DNA of 64,000 bases from assembly GCA_964248365.1 (NCBI GenBank), contig CAXTYC010000005.1, positions 1 through 64,000 on the forward strand. The letters are read 5' to 3'. Both the position numbers and the translations under genes were made by a program. Below, piece after piece: positions 50,972-62,151 of the stretch (positions are counted from its first letter, which is position 1; each line of letters opens with the position of its first letter). Origin of the DNA: an uncultured Chroococcidiopsis sp. (GTDB lineage: Bacteria > Cyanobacteriota > Cyanobacteriia > Cyanobacteriales > Chroococcidiopsidaceae). Under the pieces are notes generated by a model, which saw only the letters and a program-made list of their open reading frames with translations, searched no databases and was not told the DNA's origin.

Positions 50972-52150
50972 ATGAGTTATCGAGACGGCATTCCCCCTCA
51001 CGGTGGACATTTAGTTAATCGCATTGCTAACCACACACAACGAGAAGAATTTTTAGACAAAGCCGACTTCCTACCCAGAGTTACACTTGACCAACGGGCA
51101 GTCTCTGATTTACAGATGATTGCAATTGGGGCATTTAGTCCCTTGACTGGCTTTATGGATCAAGCGAACTACGAGTCAGTTGTTGAAAATATGCGCTTGT
51201 CTAATGGTCTGCCTTGGACAATCCCGATTACACTTTCTGTAAACGAGGCAATAGCAGAGCCACTCAAGGAAGGCGGATTTATTCGTTTGGATGACTCAGA
51301 GGGAAAGTTCATTGGTGTTTTAGAACTGACTCAAAAGTATCGTTATGACAAAATTCGTGAGGCATTTAATGTTTATCGCACAGATGACGAAGCACATCCA
51401 GGCGTTCAGGTAGTCTACAACCAAGGAGACATTAATCTAGCAGGTCCTGTTTGGTTGCTGCATCGTGACCCTCATCCGCTGTTTCCAGATTACCAAATAG
51501 ACCCAGCTAAGTCCCGCGAATTATTCAAAGAAAAAGGTTGGCACACAATTGTAGGCTTCCAGACGCGCAATCCTATCCACAGAGCGCATGAATATATTAT
51601 TAAGTGCGCTTTGGAAGTTGTAGATGGTTTATTCCTGCATCCGCTAGTGGGGGTAACAAAAAGCGATGACATCGCAGCTGAAGTACGAATGCGCTGCTAT
51701 GAGATTATGCTGGAACTTTACTTTCCTGAAACGAGAGTGATTCTGGCAATTAATCCAGCTGCCATGCGCTACGCAGGTCCAAGAGAAGCAATTTTCCACG
51801 CCCTGATCCGCAAAAACTATGGCTGTACTCACTTTATTGTCGGGCGCGACCATGCCGGAGTCGGGAGTTATTATGGAACTTATGATGCCCAGCACATCTT
51901 TGATGAGTTTGAGCCAGGTGAATTGGGGATTATGCCGCTAAAGTTTGAACACGCTTTCTACTGCAAGCGCACTGACCAAATGGCAACCACAAAGACTAGT
52001 CCTAGCAGACCAGAGGAGCGAATTCATCTATCAGGAACGAAAGTACGTGAGATGTTGCGTCGGGGTGAGTTACCGCCACCGCAGTTTTCCCGCCCAGAGG
52101 TAGCAGCCGAGTTGGCAAAGGCAATGAATATTACAAATTTTGAAATTTGA
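50972..52150 (+). CDS. sat: Sulfate adenylyltransferase
   Basis: [29 protein letters not shown] and LSGTKVR motifs. Confidence 0.98.
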   Translation: MSYRDGIPPHGGHLVNRIANHTQREEFLDKADFLPRVTLDQRAVSDLQMIAIGAFSPLTGFMDQANYESVVENMRLSNGLPWTIPITLSVNEAIAEPLKEGGFIRLDDSEGKFIGVLELTQKYRYDKIREAFNVYRTDDEAHPGVQVVYNQGDINLAGPVWLLHRDPHPLFPDYQIDPAKSRELFKEKGWHTIVGFQTRNPIHRAHEYIIKCALEVVDGLFLHPLVGVTKSDDIAAEVRMRCYEIMLELYFPETRVILAINPAAMRYAGPREAIFHALIRKNYGCTHFIVGRDHAGVGSYYGTYDAQHIFDEFEPGELGIMPLKFEHAFYCKRTDQMATTKTSPSRPEERIHLSGTKVREMLRRGELPPPQFSRPEVAAELAKAMNITNFEI

Positions 52151-52294
52151 TCCAGATGCTAACTGAGGTAAAAATTGTACTGGGTAGTTGGCAAATTCTA
52201 AATGTTAGATTTGGGTCTCTAGCAATAATCCAAAATTAAAAATCTACATTCCTGGTAGGCTGGTAGCTGATGGCTAATAGCAGTAAATGCTCAA

Positions 52295-54784
52295 ATGAAG
52301 CGGCGGGAATTTCAAAGACGGGTAGCAGGGGCGATCGCAGGCTGGGGATTAATAGATGCTGCTTGGTTACGTTATGGCGTAGACGCGGCAGCGGCAAGCC
52401 GCAGGTATCCCTACTACCAAGTTGCCCCCCCCACAGGGCGTAAGTTAGCCCTGTTAGTGGGTATCAATCAATACCCATCTACCCAGTCTCTAAATGGTTG
52501 TCTCACCGATGTGGAATTACAAAGAGAACTGTTAATCCATCGCTTTGGTTTTAAAGCTGCTGATATTCTCACCCTGACAGAGCAACAAGCAACTAGGCAG
52601 CAGATTGAAACTGCTTTCTTAGAACATTTAATTGGGCAAGCTCAACCAGATGATGTGGTAGTCTTCCACTTTAGTGGTTATGGTCGTCGTGTCGAGAAGA
52701 GAGCTGAGGGATCTGAGGGAGAAAAGCCTGTCGCGTACAACAGCTTGGTTGCTGTCGATGGTGAGGATTTGCTGGATGAAACACTTTGGCTACTGCTGCG
52801 ATCGCTCTCGACAAAACACATCACTACAATTTTAGATACCAGTTTCAATGCCTGGGGTAAAATTCTCCCAGGCAACCTGCTAATTCGTTCTTTTCCTCAA
52901 GCAGTCCAAGGGCAGATCAGTGAAGCCGAACTAGACTTTCAAAAACAGATCCAGCAAAACTCAAAGTTCAAAACTTCCATCATGCCAGGAGTTATCCTCC
53001 TAGCAGCAGGCTCAACCGGAGCAGCTACTGAAGCGAAATGGAATGGTTTTAGTGCTGGATTATTTACTTATGCCTTAACACAGTACCTTTGGGAAACAAC
53101 TAAGGCAACTACTGTGCAAGTTAGTCTCAGCCGCACCTGGAGCGTAGTAGATCGGATAGTGGGCAATCAACAGCCCCAGCCTCTTGAGCAAAAAAATCAA
53201 GATCAGTTTGACTTTGTCTATCATTTGACTCCTGAACCCAACATCAGTGCTAATGGCGTAGTTAAGCTTGTAGAAGAAGACGGCAAAACAGTACAACTGT
53301 GGCTAGCAGGAATATTGCCAACAGTTTTGGAATACTACGAAGTAGGCTCTAAGCTCACCCTAGTTCCTCTACAAGCAGGGGAGCAGGGGAGAGGGGGAGT
53401 AGGGGAGAGGGGGAGCAAAGAAGAAATTTTAATCCCTTATCCAAAATCTAAAATCCAAAATTCCCTAGCCTCTAGCCCCCAGCCCCCAGCCCCCCCTCTG
53501 TTACAAATGCGATCGCGTGCTGGTTTAATCGCCAAAGCCCAAATTGTTGGTGATAGCAATAGATCGGTTCAAGTCGGGCAACTTGTTCAGGAAGCTGTCA
53601 GAGTTTTACCTCGCAATATTCGCTTAACCATCGCTCTTGATCCGAATTTAGAAAGAATTGAGCGTGTGGATGCTACTAGTGCATTTGCTGCTATTCCTTA
53701 TGTATCATTAGTAACAGCAGGAGAACAGCTAATAGACTATGTCTTTGGTCGAGTACCAGAGACAAAACCGCCAGAAACACCAACAACTCAATTAAGTGCA
53801 TCGTCTGCAAGTCGCTACGGTCTATTTTCCCTCGCTCAAAAACTTATCCCTAATACTGGGGGAGAATGGGGAGAAGCGGTGAAAGTAGCAGTACAGCGAT
53901 TATCTCCTAAACTGCAAACATTGCTAGCTGCAAAGTTATGGCGATTAACAACCAATGAAGGTTCTTCACTACTGAATGTTAAGGCAACGCTAGAGATAGC
54001 GGAAAGTGGGGGGGTTTTTAGAGATGGGGAAACCCCATCGGGTGGCAAACTTTTCAAGACAATCAATACCCCAAATCAGGTGCTAATGCAACGAGAAACA
54101 CAGCGTTCTCAAAAGCAGGAACCTATATGGGCGAGTAAACAGTCAAAAAAACTATTTTCTACTCCTGTAAGGGCGGATTTTTCCGAGATACCTTTGATTA
54201 AACCAGCACAATCAAACTCGTCCCTACAACTGTCTGCTTCCTCCCAGATTCTGATCCCCATTGGTAGCCGCATTCAATATCGAGTGCATAACGACGGCGA
54301 TCGCCTCCTCTACCTGCTTTTACTCGGTTTAGATAGCAGCAAAAATGCGATCGCTCTTTTTTCTGGCAAACCAGATCCCACTGTTAATAATACAAACCCG
54401 AAACCACTACTAATAGATGTAGCGATCGCCCCTGGAGAAACGCTAATTATACCACCTCCTGCTGTTGATTTTGAATGGGTAATTCACAAACCAACTGGAC
54501 TAGCAGAACATCAATTAATTTTCAGCACTGCTAAATTCACCACTACCTTAGCAGCGCTTGGCATCGCGGGGCAAACTACAGAAGATCATCAATATATAGG
54601 TGCGTTATCAAACCCCCTTGAAGTAGCACAAGCAATAATGCAAGACTTGCACCGAGCCTGTGCGATCGCCAAAGCGCAAACCCCCACCAGCAACACACCC
54701 GAAGCAGCCAGTTCCCCTACTGACACTTATTGGCTAGATGTAAATCAATGGGCAAGTCTTAGCTTTGTTTACCAAGTAACATGA
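52295..54784 (+). CDS. Caspase-like (C14) pseudo-orthocaspase with twin-arginine-like N-terminus
   Basis: KLALLVGINQY, L.GCLTDV, FHFSGYG (His to Tyr), ILDTS (Cys to Ser) and GLFTYAL motifs; N-terminus MKRREF. Confidence 0.88.
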   Translation: MKRREFQRRVAGAIAGWGLIDAAWLRYGVDAAAASRRYPYYQVAPPTGRKLALLVGINQYPSTQSLNGCLTDVELQRELLIHRFGFKAADILTLTEQQATRQQIETAFLEHLIGQAQPDDVVVFHFSGYGRRVEKRAEGSEGEKPVAYNSLVAVDGEDLLDETLWLLLRSLSTKHITTILDTSFNAWGKILPGNLLIRSFPQAVQGQISEAELDFQKQIQQNSKFKTSIMPGVILLAAGSTGAATEAKWNGFSAGLFTYALTQYLWETTKATTVQVSLSRTWSVVDRIVGNQQPQPLEQKNQDQFDFVYHLTPEPNISANGVVKLVEEDGKTVQLWLAGILPTVLEYYEVGSKLTLVPLQAGEQGRGGVGERGSKEEILIPYPKSKIQNSLASSPQPPAPPLLQMRSRAGLIAKAQIVGDSNRSVQVGQLVQEAVRVLPRNIRLTIALDPNLERIERVDATSAFAAIPYVSLVTAGEQLIDYVFGRVPETKPPETPTTQLSASSASRYGLFSLAQKLIPNTGGEWGEAVKVAVQRLSPKLQTLLAAKLWRLTTNEGSSLLNVKATLEIAESGGVFRDGETPSGGKLFKTINTPNQVLMQRETQRSQKQEPIWASKQSKKLFSTPVRADFSEIPLIKPAQSNSSLQLSASSQILIPIGSRIQYRVHNDGDRLLYLLLLGLDSSKNAIALFSGKPDPTVNNTNPKPLLIDVAIAPGETLIIPPPAVDFEWVIHKPTGLAEHQLIFSTAKFTTTLAALGIAGQTTEDHQYIGALSNPLEVAQAIMQDLHRACAIAKAQTPTSNTPEAASSPTDTYWLDVNQWASLSFVYQVT

Positions 54785-54844
54785 AAATTCGTAATTCGTA
54801 ATTCGTAATTCGTAATTAATGATTCTCCCCCTCTCCCCCTCTCC

Positions 54845-55363
54845 CTAGCCCCTGGTTCCTCTAGCCTCTTGCCTCTCGCCTTTAAAATATCCTTCCCAAG
54901 TTTCCACCAGTTCCCCTGCGGCGGCTGTTCCCTCAGCAGGAAACATACCAATAAATTCTTTATCTGTACTAGAGTCATAAGGTCCTTCTTTGAGTTCCAG
55001 AATAATAGTATCTGGAGCTAAAGCAACTAGGGTGTGATAAGTCCCTTCCGCTAGTTCAATTCCACGCACCTCACCATTAGCACTAATTAGCTCTCGATGG
55101 AGAATTTGACCACTTTCATCCAGAATAATTATTCCTAGTTTGCCTTGGCAAACCAAAAAAAACTCAAACCCATTTACTCCACTAACTCGACAATGGCGGT
55201 GTGGACGAATGTAAGTACCAGGCTGGAGGACGTTGATAAAGCGTTGAACTTTTTCTGATGAGTCGTGCAAGTTGTAGTTCTGACGTAGACGCGGACTACT
55301 ACGAGCTTGCTGAGCAATATTATCCAGCAATTCTTGACTAAGGCGCTTGATCGATGGATACAC
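54845..55363 (-). CDS. WbuC-family cupin-fold metalloprotein
   Basis: SPRLRQNYNLH, QPGTYIRPHRH, YHTLVAL and ELKEGPY motifs. Confidence 0.88.
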   Translation of the reverse strand: MYPSIKRLSQELLDNIAQQARSSPRLRQNYNLHDSSEKVQRFINVLQPGTYIRPHRHCRVSGVNGFEFFLVCQGKLGIIILDESGQILHRELISANGEVRGIELAEGTYHTLVALAPDTIILELKEGPYDSSTDKEFIGMFPAEGTAAAGELVETWEGYFKGERQEARGTRG

Positions 55364-55620
55364 CAGGTAAATCTCCTTTAGGTAACATACACTAGCACAA
55401 TTCTAAAATCAACCAACTGCTCTATTTAGAAATTTACCTAATTAGCGGCGAGTAGCAAAGGGCTGTAAGATTGCTGCTGTAATTGGGAATACTAAATAAA
55501 AGCGATTAGCCATGTAAGAAGAACTAGTGACTGGTGACTAGTGGCTAGGGGCTAGGTTTTTCTAGTCACTAGCCATCGGTTCCACTAGCCACTGAGAAAG
55601 CCCTAGCCCCTTTCTTAGAG

Positions 55621-57183
55621 GTGTCAATGAATAATGTAATTATGCAAAACTTGATTCAATTGATTTCTACTTATACGGGTTTACAGATTCGTGAACAAGA
55701 TCAAATTCATTTCTGTAACAAAATTTCATCACGTATGAAAGTTTTAAAATTGAATACACCACAAGAATATTATCAACTGCTATTAAGTATTAGTAAAAAT
55801 TCCGAAAATTTTACAGACAAAAATAATAGAAATGAATGGAAAGAGCTATTACTATTATTAACAACAGGCGAAACTTATTTTTTTCGGGATCAAGGACAGC
55901 TTAATTTATTAAAAAATAAATTAATTCCTGAATTAATCGCAAACAAAATAAAAACTTGTGAACTAGGTGGAAATAAAAAACCGTCTTTGAAAATTTGGAG
56001 TGCTGGATGCTCCAGTGGTGAAGAGCCTTATTCTCTTGCTATTATTGTCAAAGAATTAATTCCTGATTTAAATGAGTGGAATATTTCAATTTTAGGAACA
56101 GATATTAATCGAGAATCTATAGCAAAAGCGGAAAAAGGAATGTATGATACTTGGTCTTTTCGGCAAGTAAATCCTCAAATACAAAAGCAATATTTTCATC
56201 AAAGAAAGATGCGTTGGGAAATTGACGAGCAAATTCGGAAAATGGTTAAATTCCGTTGTATGAATTTGTTTCAAGAAGCATTTCCAAGTCAGGTGACTGA
56301 AATCCAAAATATAGATGTTATCATCTGCCGTAATGTTTTTATATATTTTAACTCAGGAGCGATCGCTACTGTTTTAGAAAAGTTTTATCACACCCTTACT
56401 CCTGGTGGATATCTGATCGCTGGACACGCTGAACTTCATGGGCAAAATTTAGGTAAACTACAGCAGAAGGCTTTTCCAGAATCAGTAGTTTATCACCGTA
56501 GTGATTTACAAGTTGCATCAACTGGGGTAACTAATTTTTCTCATGCAAATTTACTCAAACAGTCATTTACTCAGTCAGATACTACTATTAAACAAAAGTT
56601 TCCTGTCCAAAACTTGAATAATTCTAATGTTGCTTTAATTAGGACTCAAACACAGAGGCGATCGCCCCTTTTGACTGATTTAGCCCAATCATCTGAGTCA
56701 GTTTTGAGTTGGGCAAAAGAATTGTTTAATTCTGGTGAATATACTAGAGCAATTCAAACCGCACAACAATTGCTCCAGCAGCATCCCAAACATTTTGAGG
56801 CTCATTGTCTCCTAGCCCAAGCTTGGGCTAATTTAGGAGATTATAAACAAGCATCTGACTCGTGTCAACAAGCACTACAAATAGATAATTTATCAGAAAA
56901 GCCATATTATATTTTAGCGCATATTGCCGAAGAAAAAGGGGACATTGAGCAAGCTAAAGCTTTGTTTAAAAAAATTATTTATCTTGCACCTTCATCTGTA
57001 GGCGCATATCTTGAAATTAGTTTTCTTTATACCAAAGAAGGAGATCATAACAGAGCTAAAAAGATGCTAACTACAGCCTTAGATTTCCTTAAAAATGTTT
57101 CAGATATCCCAATAGAATCTTATCACCAAACTCCAGCTAGCGAGTTAATTTTACAAATTGAAGATATGTTAACAACAATATAA
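55621..57183 (+). CDS. cheR: CheR-type methyltransferase with C-terminal TPR repeats
   Basis: ETYFFRD, WSAGCSSGEEPYS, GTDIN and ICRNVFIYF motifs plus TPR helices. Confidence 0.93.
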   Translation: MSMNNVIMQNLIQLISTYTGLQIREQDQIHFCNKISSRMKVLKLNTPQEYYQLLLSISKNSENFTDKNNRNEWKELLLLLTTGETYFFRDQGQLNLLKNKLIPELIANKIKTCELGGNKKPSLKIWSAGCSSGEEPYSLAIIVKELIPDLNEWNISILGTDINRESIAKAEKGMYDTWSFRQVNPQIQKQYFHQRKMRWEIDEQIRKMVKFRCMNLFQEAFPSQVTEIQNIDVIICRNVFIYFNSGAIATVLEKFYHTLTPGGYLIAGHAELHGQNLGKLQQKAFPESVVYHRSDLQVASTGVTNFSHANLLKQSFTQSDTTIKQKFPVQNLNNSNVALIRTQTQRRSPLLTDLAQSSESVLSWAKELFNSGEYTRAIQTAQQLLQQHPKHFEAHCLLAQAWANLGDYKQASDSCQQALQIDNLSEKPYYILAHIAEEKGDIEQAKALFKKIIYLAPSSVGAYLEISFLYTKEGDHNRAKKMLTTALDFLKNVSDIPIESYHQTPASELILQIEDMLTTI

Positions 57184-57612
57184 TTATTTTGCCACTCATG
57201 CCCACCTTAATTAAGTAAATTAATAATAATTTATGCTATTTATTTTGCATTTTACGCAGTTTGCCGCCCATGCCCACCTTAATTAAGTAAGTTGCCTTTT
57301 TGGCAAAAAGTTGTAAAGTTATAACAGTGGAAATAAAAAATTATAACAGCTCGTCTTATAGATTAGGACAAGTCAATTTACTATGAGTTTTATTGTGTAA
57401 GACTTTTAACCTACTCCAAGACGAGCTGCTAAGCTAATCGTCATCAAAGCTTGCATATCTGTAATGTGAGGGAGACCCACGACAGGAGACCCTTCACAAC
57501 TTCACAACTTCACAACTCCTAAAACGACTATCTTTTGTGCAACGGTAGTGAACATTAGCTTATAAAAGGTTGTCAAATTAAATATTTTGGCTAATGTTTA
57601 AATATCTACAAT

Positions 57613-57919
57613 TGGTGTAGGTGGTGGTGTGATTATAGTTACACTACAAATGTTGCTACTACGAGAGCAAATCAAAGTAGCAATTCAAACTAGCCTGGGT
57701 GTAATTATTATTACTGCTGTATCTACTTGTATCGGACATACTTTAAAGGGAAATGTTTTGTTTATTCCTGGTGTGCTTCTGGGAATAGGTGATTTAATTG
57801 GAGCGCAGATTAGTACTCGCGTTTTACCCAGGCTACTAGATAGAACTGTTAGCTTTGTCTTTCGGCTTTTTCTAGGAATACTGTCAATATATGTTTTTTG
57901 GCAAGCCTGGAATAGTTAG
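57613..57919 (+). pseudogene. C-terminal fragment of a TauE/SafE-family membrane protein
   Basis: GVGGGVII..LQMLLL.EQIKVAIQTSL..GAQISTR. The N-terminal half is missing and there is an upstream in-frame stop. Confidence 0.7.
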
Positions 57920-58224
57920 AGTGCAGATGAGGATGGGTTAGTAGTAGCTTACGTTATTACCGCACCTTAGTAACATGAAATTTTCACATTTTTTGACATA
58001 ACCCTGAGATGATTAGTCAATGTTTCTGCTGGCTCAGTACTGTAATAACACTGAGATGAATCATCTTAGCTTAATAATTCGGTAATGATACCGAACCAGT
58101 TATTTTTTATTATTTGCCATACTAAGAGCGCAAACGTCTAGCATAACTCCTAAGAAAAAAATTCAAATATTACTTAGCCGTAAGCAATTATTCTTAAGGC
58201 TGGTAATATTATGACTTAAATTGG

Positions 58225-59388
58225 TTGATTATGACTCAAAATCAATACCAAACTCAACAATTACCTAACCTGCTCGAAGCTTTACAAAATAAACAAGTCA
58301 GTGGAGTTTTGTACTTAGATAGTGAAATAAATTCTGCTCAAAAGCTAAGACATCGCATCTTGATTTGGAAAGATGGTCGCATGATCTATGGTGGTAGTAA
58401 AGTTCCAGATCCTATAAGCTTAGTTAAAACGCTGGAACAGAAATTAAGTCGAGAATGGATTTCTTCGGTTATAGCTTTTGCTATGCGGCAAGCGACAGAT
58501 CAAACATCAATTCGATCGCTATTAGAACGATTGGTTGAAATGCAACTTTTTAGTTGGGAACAAATTGAAAATGTAGTTTATAACCAACTTGTATTAACTT
58601 TAGAACAAGTATTACCTTATGGTGGAAAATTTCGATTTGATAGCAATACACAATTTAACTTTTGTCGGGGAGTTGAATTATCTAGGTTGATGGTAGATAT
58701 ATCTCAACGTCAGGAACACTGGTTTAACTTGAAACCTTTGATTCCCTCAATGGATGCAGTACCACAACTGGGGGAGAATCTACAAACAATTACCGAGCAA
58801 AACGTGCGAAATCATTTGCAGGAATGGGTTGATGGGCAGCGATCGCTCGTTGATATTGCCGAAGGATTGAATAAAGATCCCTTAAGCATAGCGAAATCTT
58901 ATATGCATTGGGTGCAGTCAGGTTGGGTAGTTATGGAAGATAACAATACACCCAATAATTTACAGACTGAATTACCAATAATTCTATCTGTGGATGATAG
59001 TGCTGTGATGCAAGAACTAATCAAAAGAGCGCTAGCTAGTTATTGCAATGTTATCGCCGCCAGTAATGCTGTAGATGCCTTGAACTTACTCTATCGTGAG
59101 AATATTTCCCTACTATTGCTTGATGTTTCAATGCCAGATATTGATGGTTTAGAACTATGCCGTACTATACGTAGTATTGATCAGTTCCGCGAGATACCGA
59201 TCATTATGGTGACAGCTAGAGATGGTTTTTTTGATAAAGTCAAAGGGAAGTTTGCTGGTTCCAATGAATATTTAACCAAACCATTTGATGCTGAAAAGTT
59301 GCGTCATACAGTAAGTAAATTTATTAGCTTAGGTAGTTATAATTTTTATGATTATAAACTCGAAGTAGATATCTCAACTTCCAATTAA
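58225..59388 (+). CDS. PatA-type response regulator (PATAN/DUF4388-like + REC)
   Basis: N-terminal SGVLYL..G.MIYGG domain; receiver with SVDDS, LLDVSMP and YLTKPF. Confidence 0.88.
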   Translation: MIMTQNQYQTQQLPNLLEALQNKQVSGVLYLDSEINSAQKLRHRILIWKDGRMIYGGSKVPDPISLVKTLEQKLSREWISSVIAFAMRQATDQTSIRSLLERLVEMQLFSWEQIENVVYNQLVLTLEQVLPYGGKFRFDSNTQFNFCRGVELSRLMVDISQRQEHWFNLKPLIPSMDAVPQLGENLQTITEQNVRNHLQEWVDGQRSLVDIAEGLNKDPLSIAKSYMHWVQSGWVVMEDNNTPNNLQTELPIILSVDDSAVMQELIKRALASYCNVIAASNAVDALNLLYRENISLLLLDVSMPDIDGLELCRTIRSIDQFREIPIIMVTARDGFFDKVKGKFAGSNEYLTKPFDAEKLRHTVSKFISLGSYNFYDYKLEVDISTSN

Positions 59389-59616
59389 TTTAATAATATT
59401 GCTGAAGTTTTACTAAGTTAATGCAGGATTGTTTAAGATTTATAGGATTTGCATGCAACTAGTTATCAGTTACTAATTGTTGTGCTTCAAAAATCAAGTT
59501 TTTACTTCTAGACTCGTTCTAAGGCTAAGCCTTGGAACGGAAGTATTCAGCCTCCGAGTCAACTAAATACTGCTGCAAGGTACGAGACAACAGTCAATTG
59601 ATCCTCTTGGCTGAAT

Positions 59617-60744
59617 ATGTTGCATGACATAAATTTTTCAGAGCTAAAAACACTTATGGAAAAACCATTTATAACTTTCAGTTTACACGGTTTGCTTTAT
59701 GGAATAGATGCACTGTTAGTTCAAGAGATTTTCTATCTCCCAGAACTGACACCAATTGTCGAAGCACCCGATGACATTGTAGGGTTACTGAATTTGCGGG
59801 GTAAACTTTTACCTGTTATGCATCTAGCTCTACGATTAGGACAGCATCTACCCGAATGCAGTTTAAGTGATAGTGTTATCGTTTTGGCATGGGAAGAATT
59901 ACAGATTGGCATCATTGTCAATTCTGTAAATGAAGTAAAAAATATTAGTCCAGAATTCATAGAAAGCAAAATATCTTATGGACGAGAAAAAGGCATTAAT
60001 TCCAGATTTATAGCTGGTGTTGCTAAGCTCGATGCAGATTTGATTATGCTGCTTGCTCCAGAGATGTTGCTTTGCCATTCTGAAGAATTGGACACAGTGG
60101 AAGTTAAAAAAACTGATGATGATTTGATAGAAGAATACCCACATCAAGTTTCACCACCTAATAGTAAAGTATCAGAAAAATTAAACACAGTTAGCAATTT
60201 TTATGCCCGTTGTTGCCCGAATGCAACGCCAGCAGAAAAAGCAATTTTTCAAGATCGATCTGAAAACTTAAGACAATCTACACAAAGCTCAGATTTTTCT
60301 GGATTGATACCAATGGCGGTGATTGGTTTAAATGGCGAATACTTCGGGCTGGATCTGGAGGTAGTGCGAGAGTTCACCAGTCTGCGTAACGTTACTCCTA
60401 TTCCCTGCTGTCCCCCTCATGTTATCGGCAATATGAATTTGCGGGGTGAAATTGTCACTTTAGTTGATATTCGTACTACTTTACAGATGCCAATTGCTGC
60501 TAAAAGTACCTCGAAAGCGATTGTAATTCAGTTTGATGATGTGGTTGCTGGGTTGCCTGTTGATGAGGTATTTGATGTGTTGTATTTGCACCCGTTAGAT
60601 GTAAAACACATACCAGTAGCTATAGATTCTGGGAGTAATGAATTTCTCCGAGGTACTGCTTTCTACTCGGAAAAAATGCTGAGCATTCTTAATCTGCCCA
60701 AAATTCTCTCTCAAGGTGGGCTAGCTGTTAATCAAGAGGTTTAG
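59617..60744 (+). CDS. cheW: Tandem-domain CheW coupling protein
   Basis: Two NLRG-containing CheW domains (GLLNLRGK and GNMNLRGE). Confidence 0.92.
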   Translation: MLHDINFSELKTLMEKPFITFSLHGLLYGIDALLVQEIFYLPELTPIVEAPDDIVGLLNLRGKLLPVMHLALRLGQHLPECSLSDSVIVLAWEELQIGIIVNSVNEVKNISPEFIESKISYGREKGINSRFIAGVAKLDADLIMLLAPEMLLCHSEELDTVEVKKTDDDLIEEYPHQVSPPNSKVSEKLNTVSNFYARCCPNATPAEKAIFQDRSENLRQSTQSSDFSGLIPMAVIGLNGEYFGLDLEVVREFTSLRNVTPIPCCPPHVIGNMNLRGEIVTLVDIRTTLQMPIAAKSTSKAIVIQFDDVVAGLPVDEVFDVLYLHPLDVKHIPVAIDSGSNEFLRGTAFYSEKMLSILNLPKILSQGGLAVNQEV

Positions 60745-60754
60745 ATAACTTGCT

Positions 60755-62107
60755 ATGAAAATTACTACTCAACTGCGAGTTACAACAATCGGGCTTTTTA
60801 TTTTTGCTATTAGCAATGTAGTTTCTGTTTATATTAATGCAGTAAAAAATGACAGCAGAGTAGTGAATTATGCAGGTATAGTCAGGGGAGCTACTCAAAG
60901 GCTGGTTAAATTAGAGATTACCGGAAAAAATAGTGATGATTTGATTGCCAAATTAGATAAGATAGTTAATGGATTAATTAAAGGCGATCGCACCCTAGAA
61001 TTACCGACAGCATCCGATGAAAAATTCCTTTCTAAAATGAAGGAAGTTGAAAGCGCCTGGCTAAATCTCAAGCAAACAATTGAGAAAGTAAGGCAAAATC
61101 CAAAATATCGTAACGAGCTGGTAAAGCAAAGCGAAGATTACTTTGAGTTAGCTAATCAAGCTGTATTTGCTGCTGAAAAATTCTCTCAAGAAAAAGCACA
61201 GAGATTACAAGCAATACAACTATTGATTTTTGCGCTCAATTTAATAACTTTAGGCATCATTTTAGTCATAGTTCGCAATATGGCATCAACTCTGCAAAAG
61301 TCTGTAAGTACTATTGCGGCTACTTCCACTCAAATTGCTTGTGCAATTGAACAACAGGAAAGAATCACTGTTCAACAAGCTATGTCTGTCAAGCAAGTAA
61401 CCAGCACTATGGATGAGTTAGATGCTTCTTCCCAGCAGTCAGCCGAGCAAGCAGAAGCATCAGCAGGGGGAGCAAGCCAAGCGTTAATACTAGCTGAGGG
61501 AGGAACTTTAGCTGTACAACATACTCTCAAAGAGATGTCGTTGCTTAAAGAAGATGTAGAGGCGATCGCGCAGCAAATCCTAAACCTCTCAGAACAAACC
61601 GATCAAATCGGTGGTATTTCAACTTTGGTAGCAGATTTAGCTAGCCAAACTAATATGCTAGCTCTCAACGCAGCTGTCGAAGCAGCACGAGCAGGAGAAA
61701 ACGGCAAAGGATTTGCAGTTGTAGCTGGGGAAATTCGCAAATTAGCCGAGCAAAGTAAGAAATCTGCTGACAAGATTAATACCCTTGTTACTGATATTCA
61801 ATCTGCCATTAATTCAACCGTAATGGTGACAGATAAAGGCACAAAAACAGTAGCAGAAGGAATGCAATTTACTCAAAAAACCGCAGCATCCTTCATTGGT
61901 GTGGCTGATTCTATCAATAATATCTTTTTGCACAGCCAACAAATTTCACTTAATGCCAAACAACAAGCACTTGCTACTGGGCAAGTGGTAACAGCTATGA
62001 ATAATCTCACCTTGGCAGCTGGGGAAACAGCAGGTGGCATTACTCAAATTAAAGTCGGTACTCAACAACTAAAAGAAGCAACACAGAATCTCAAAGCAAT
62101 GGTTTAG
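60755..62107 (+). CDS. Methyl-accepting chemotaxis protein with NarX/PilJ-like periplasmic domain
   Basis: VNYAG..R..TQRL P-box-like motif, two TM helices and [27 protein letters not shown]. Confidence 0.93.
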   Translation: MKITTQLRVTTIGLFIFAISNVVSVYINAVKNDSRVVNYAGIVRGATQRLVKLEITGKNSDDLIAKLDKIVNGLIKGDRTLELPTASDEKFLSKMKEVESAWLNLKQTIEKVRQNPKYRNELVKQSEDYFELANQAVFAAEKFSQEKAQRLQAIQLLIFALNLITLGIILVIVRNMASTLQKSVSTIAATSTQIACAIEQQERITVQQAMSVKQVTSTMDELDASSQQSAEQAEASAGGASQALILAEGGTLAVQHTLKEMSLLKEDVEAIAQQILNLSEQTDQIGGISTLVADLASQTNMLALNAAVEAARAGENGKGFAVVAGEIRKLAEQSKKSADKINTLVTDIQSAINSTVMVTDKGTKTVAEGMQFTQKTAASFIGVADSINNIFLHSQQISLNAKQQALATGQVVTAMNNLTLAAGETAGGITQIKVGTQQLKEATQNLKAMV

Positions 62108-62151
62108 TTGATTGTTCATATTCAGCGACACTCAATTATCAACTATAAACA

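Noticed and set aside
57188..57290. 31-bp repeats with a 41-bp spacer as a possible CRISPR array
   Set aside because: There are only two imperfect copies, no cas genes, and the repeat contains a REP half-site.
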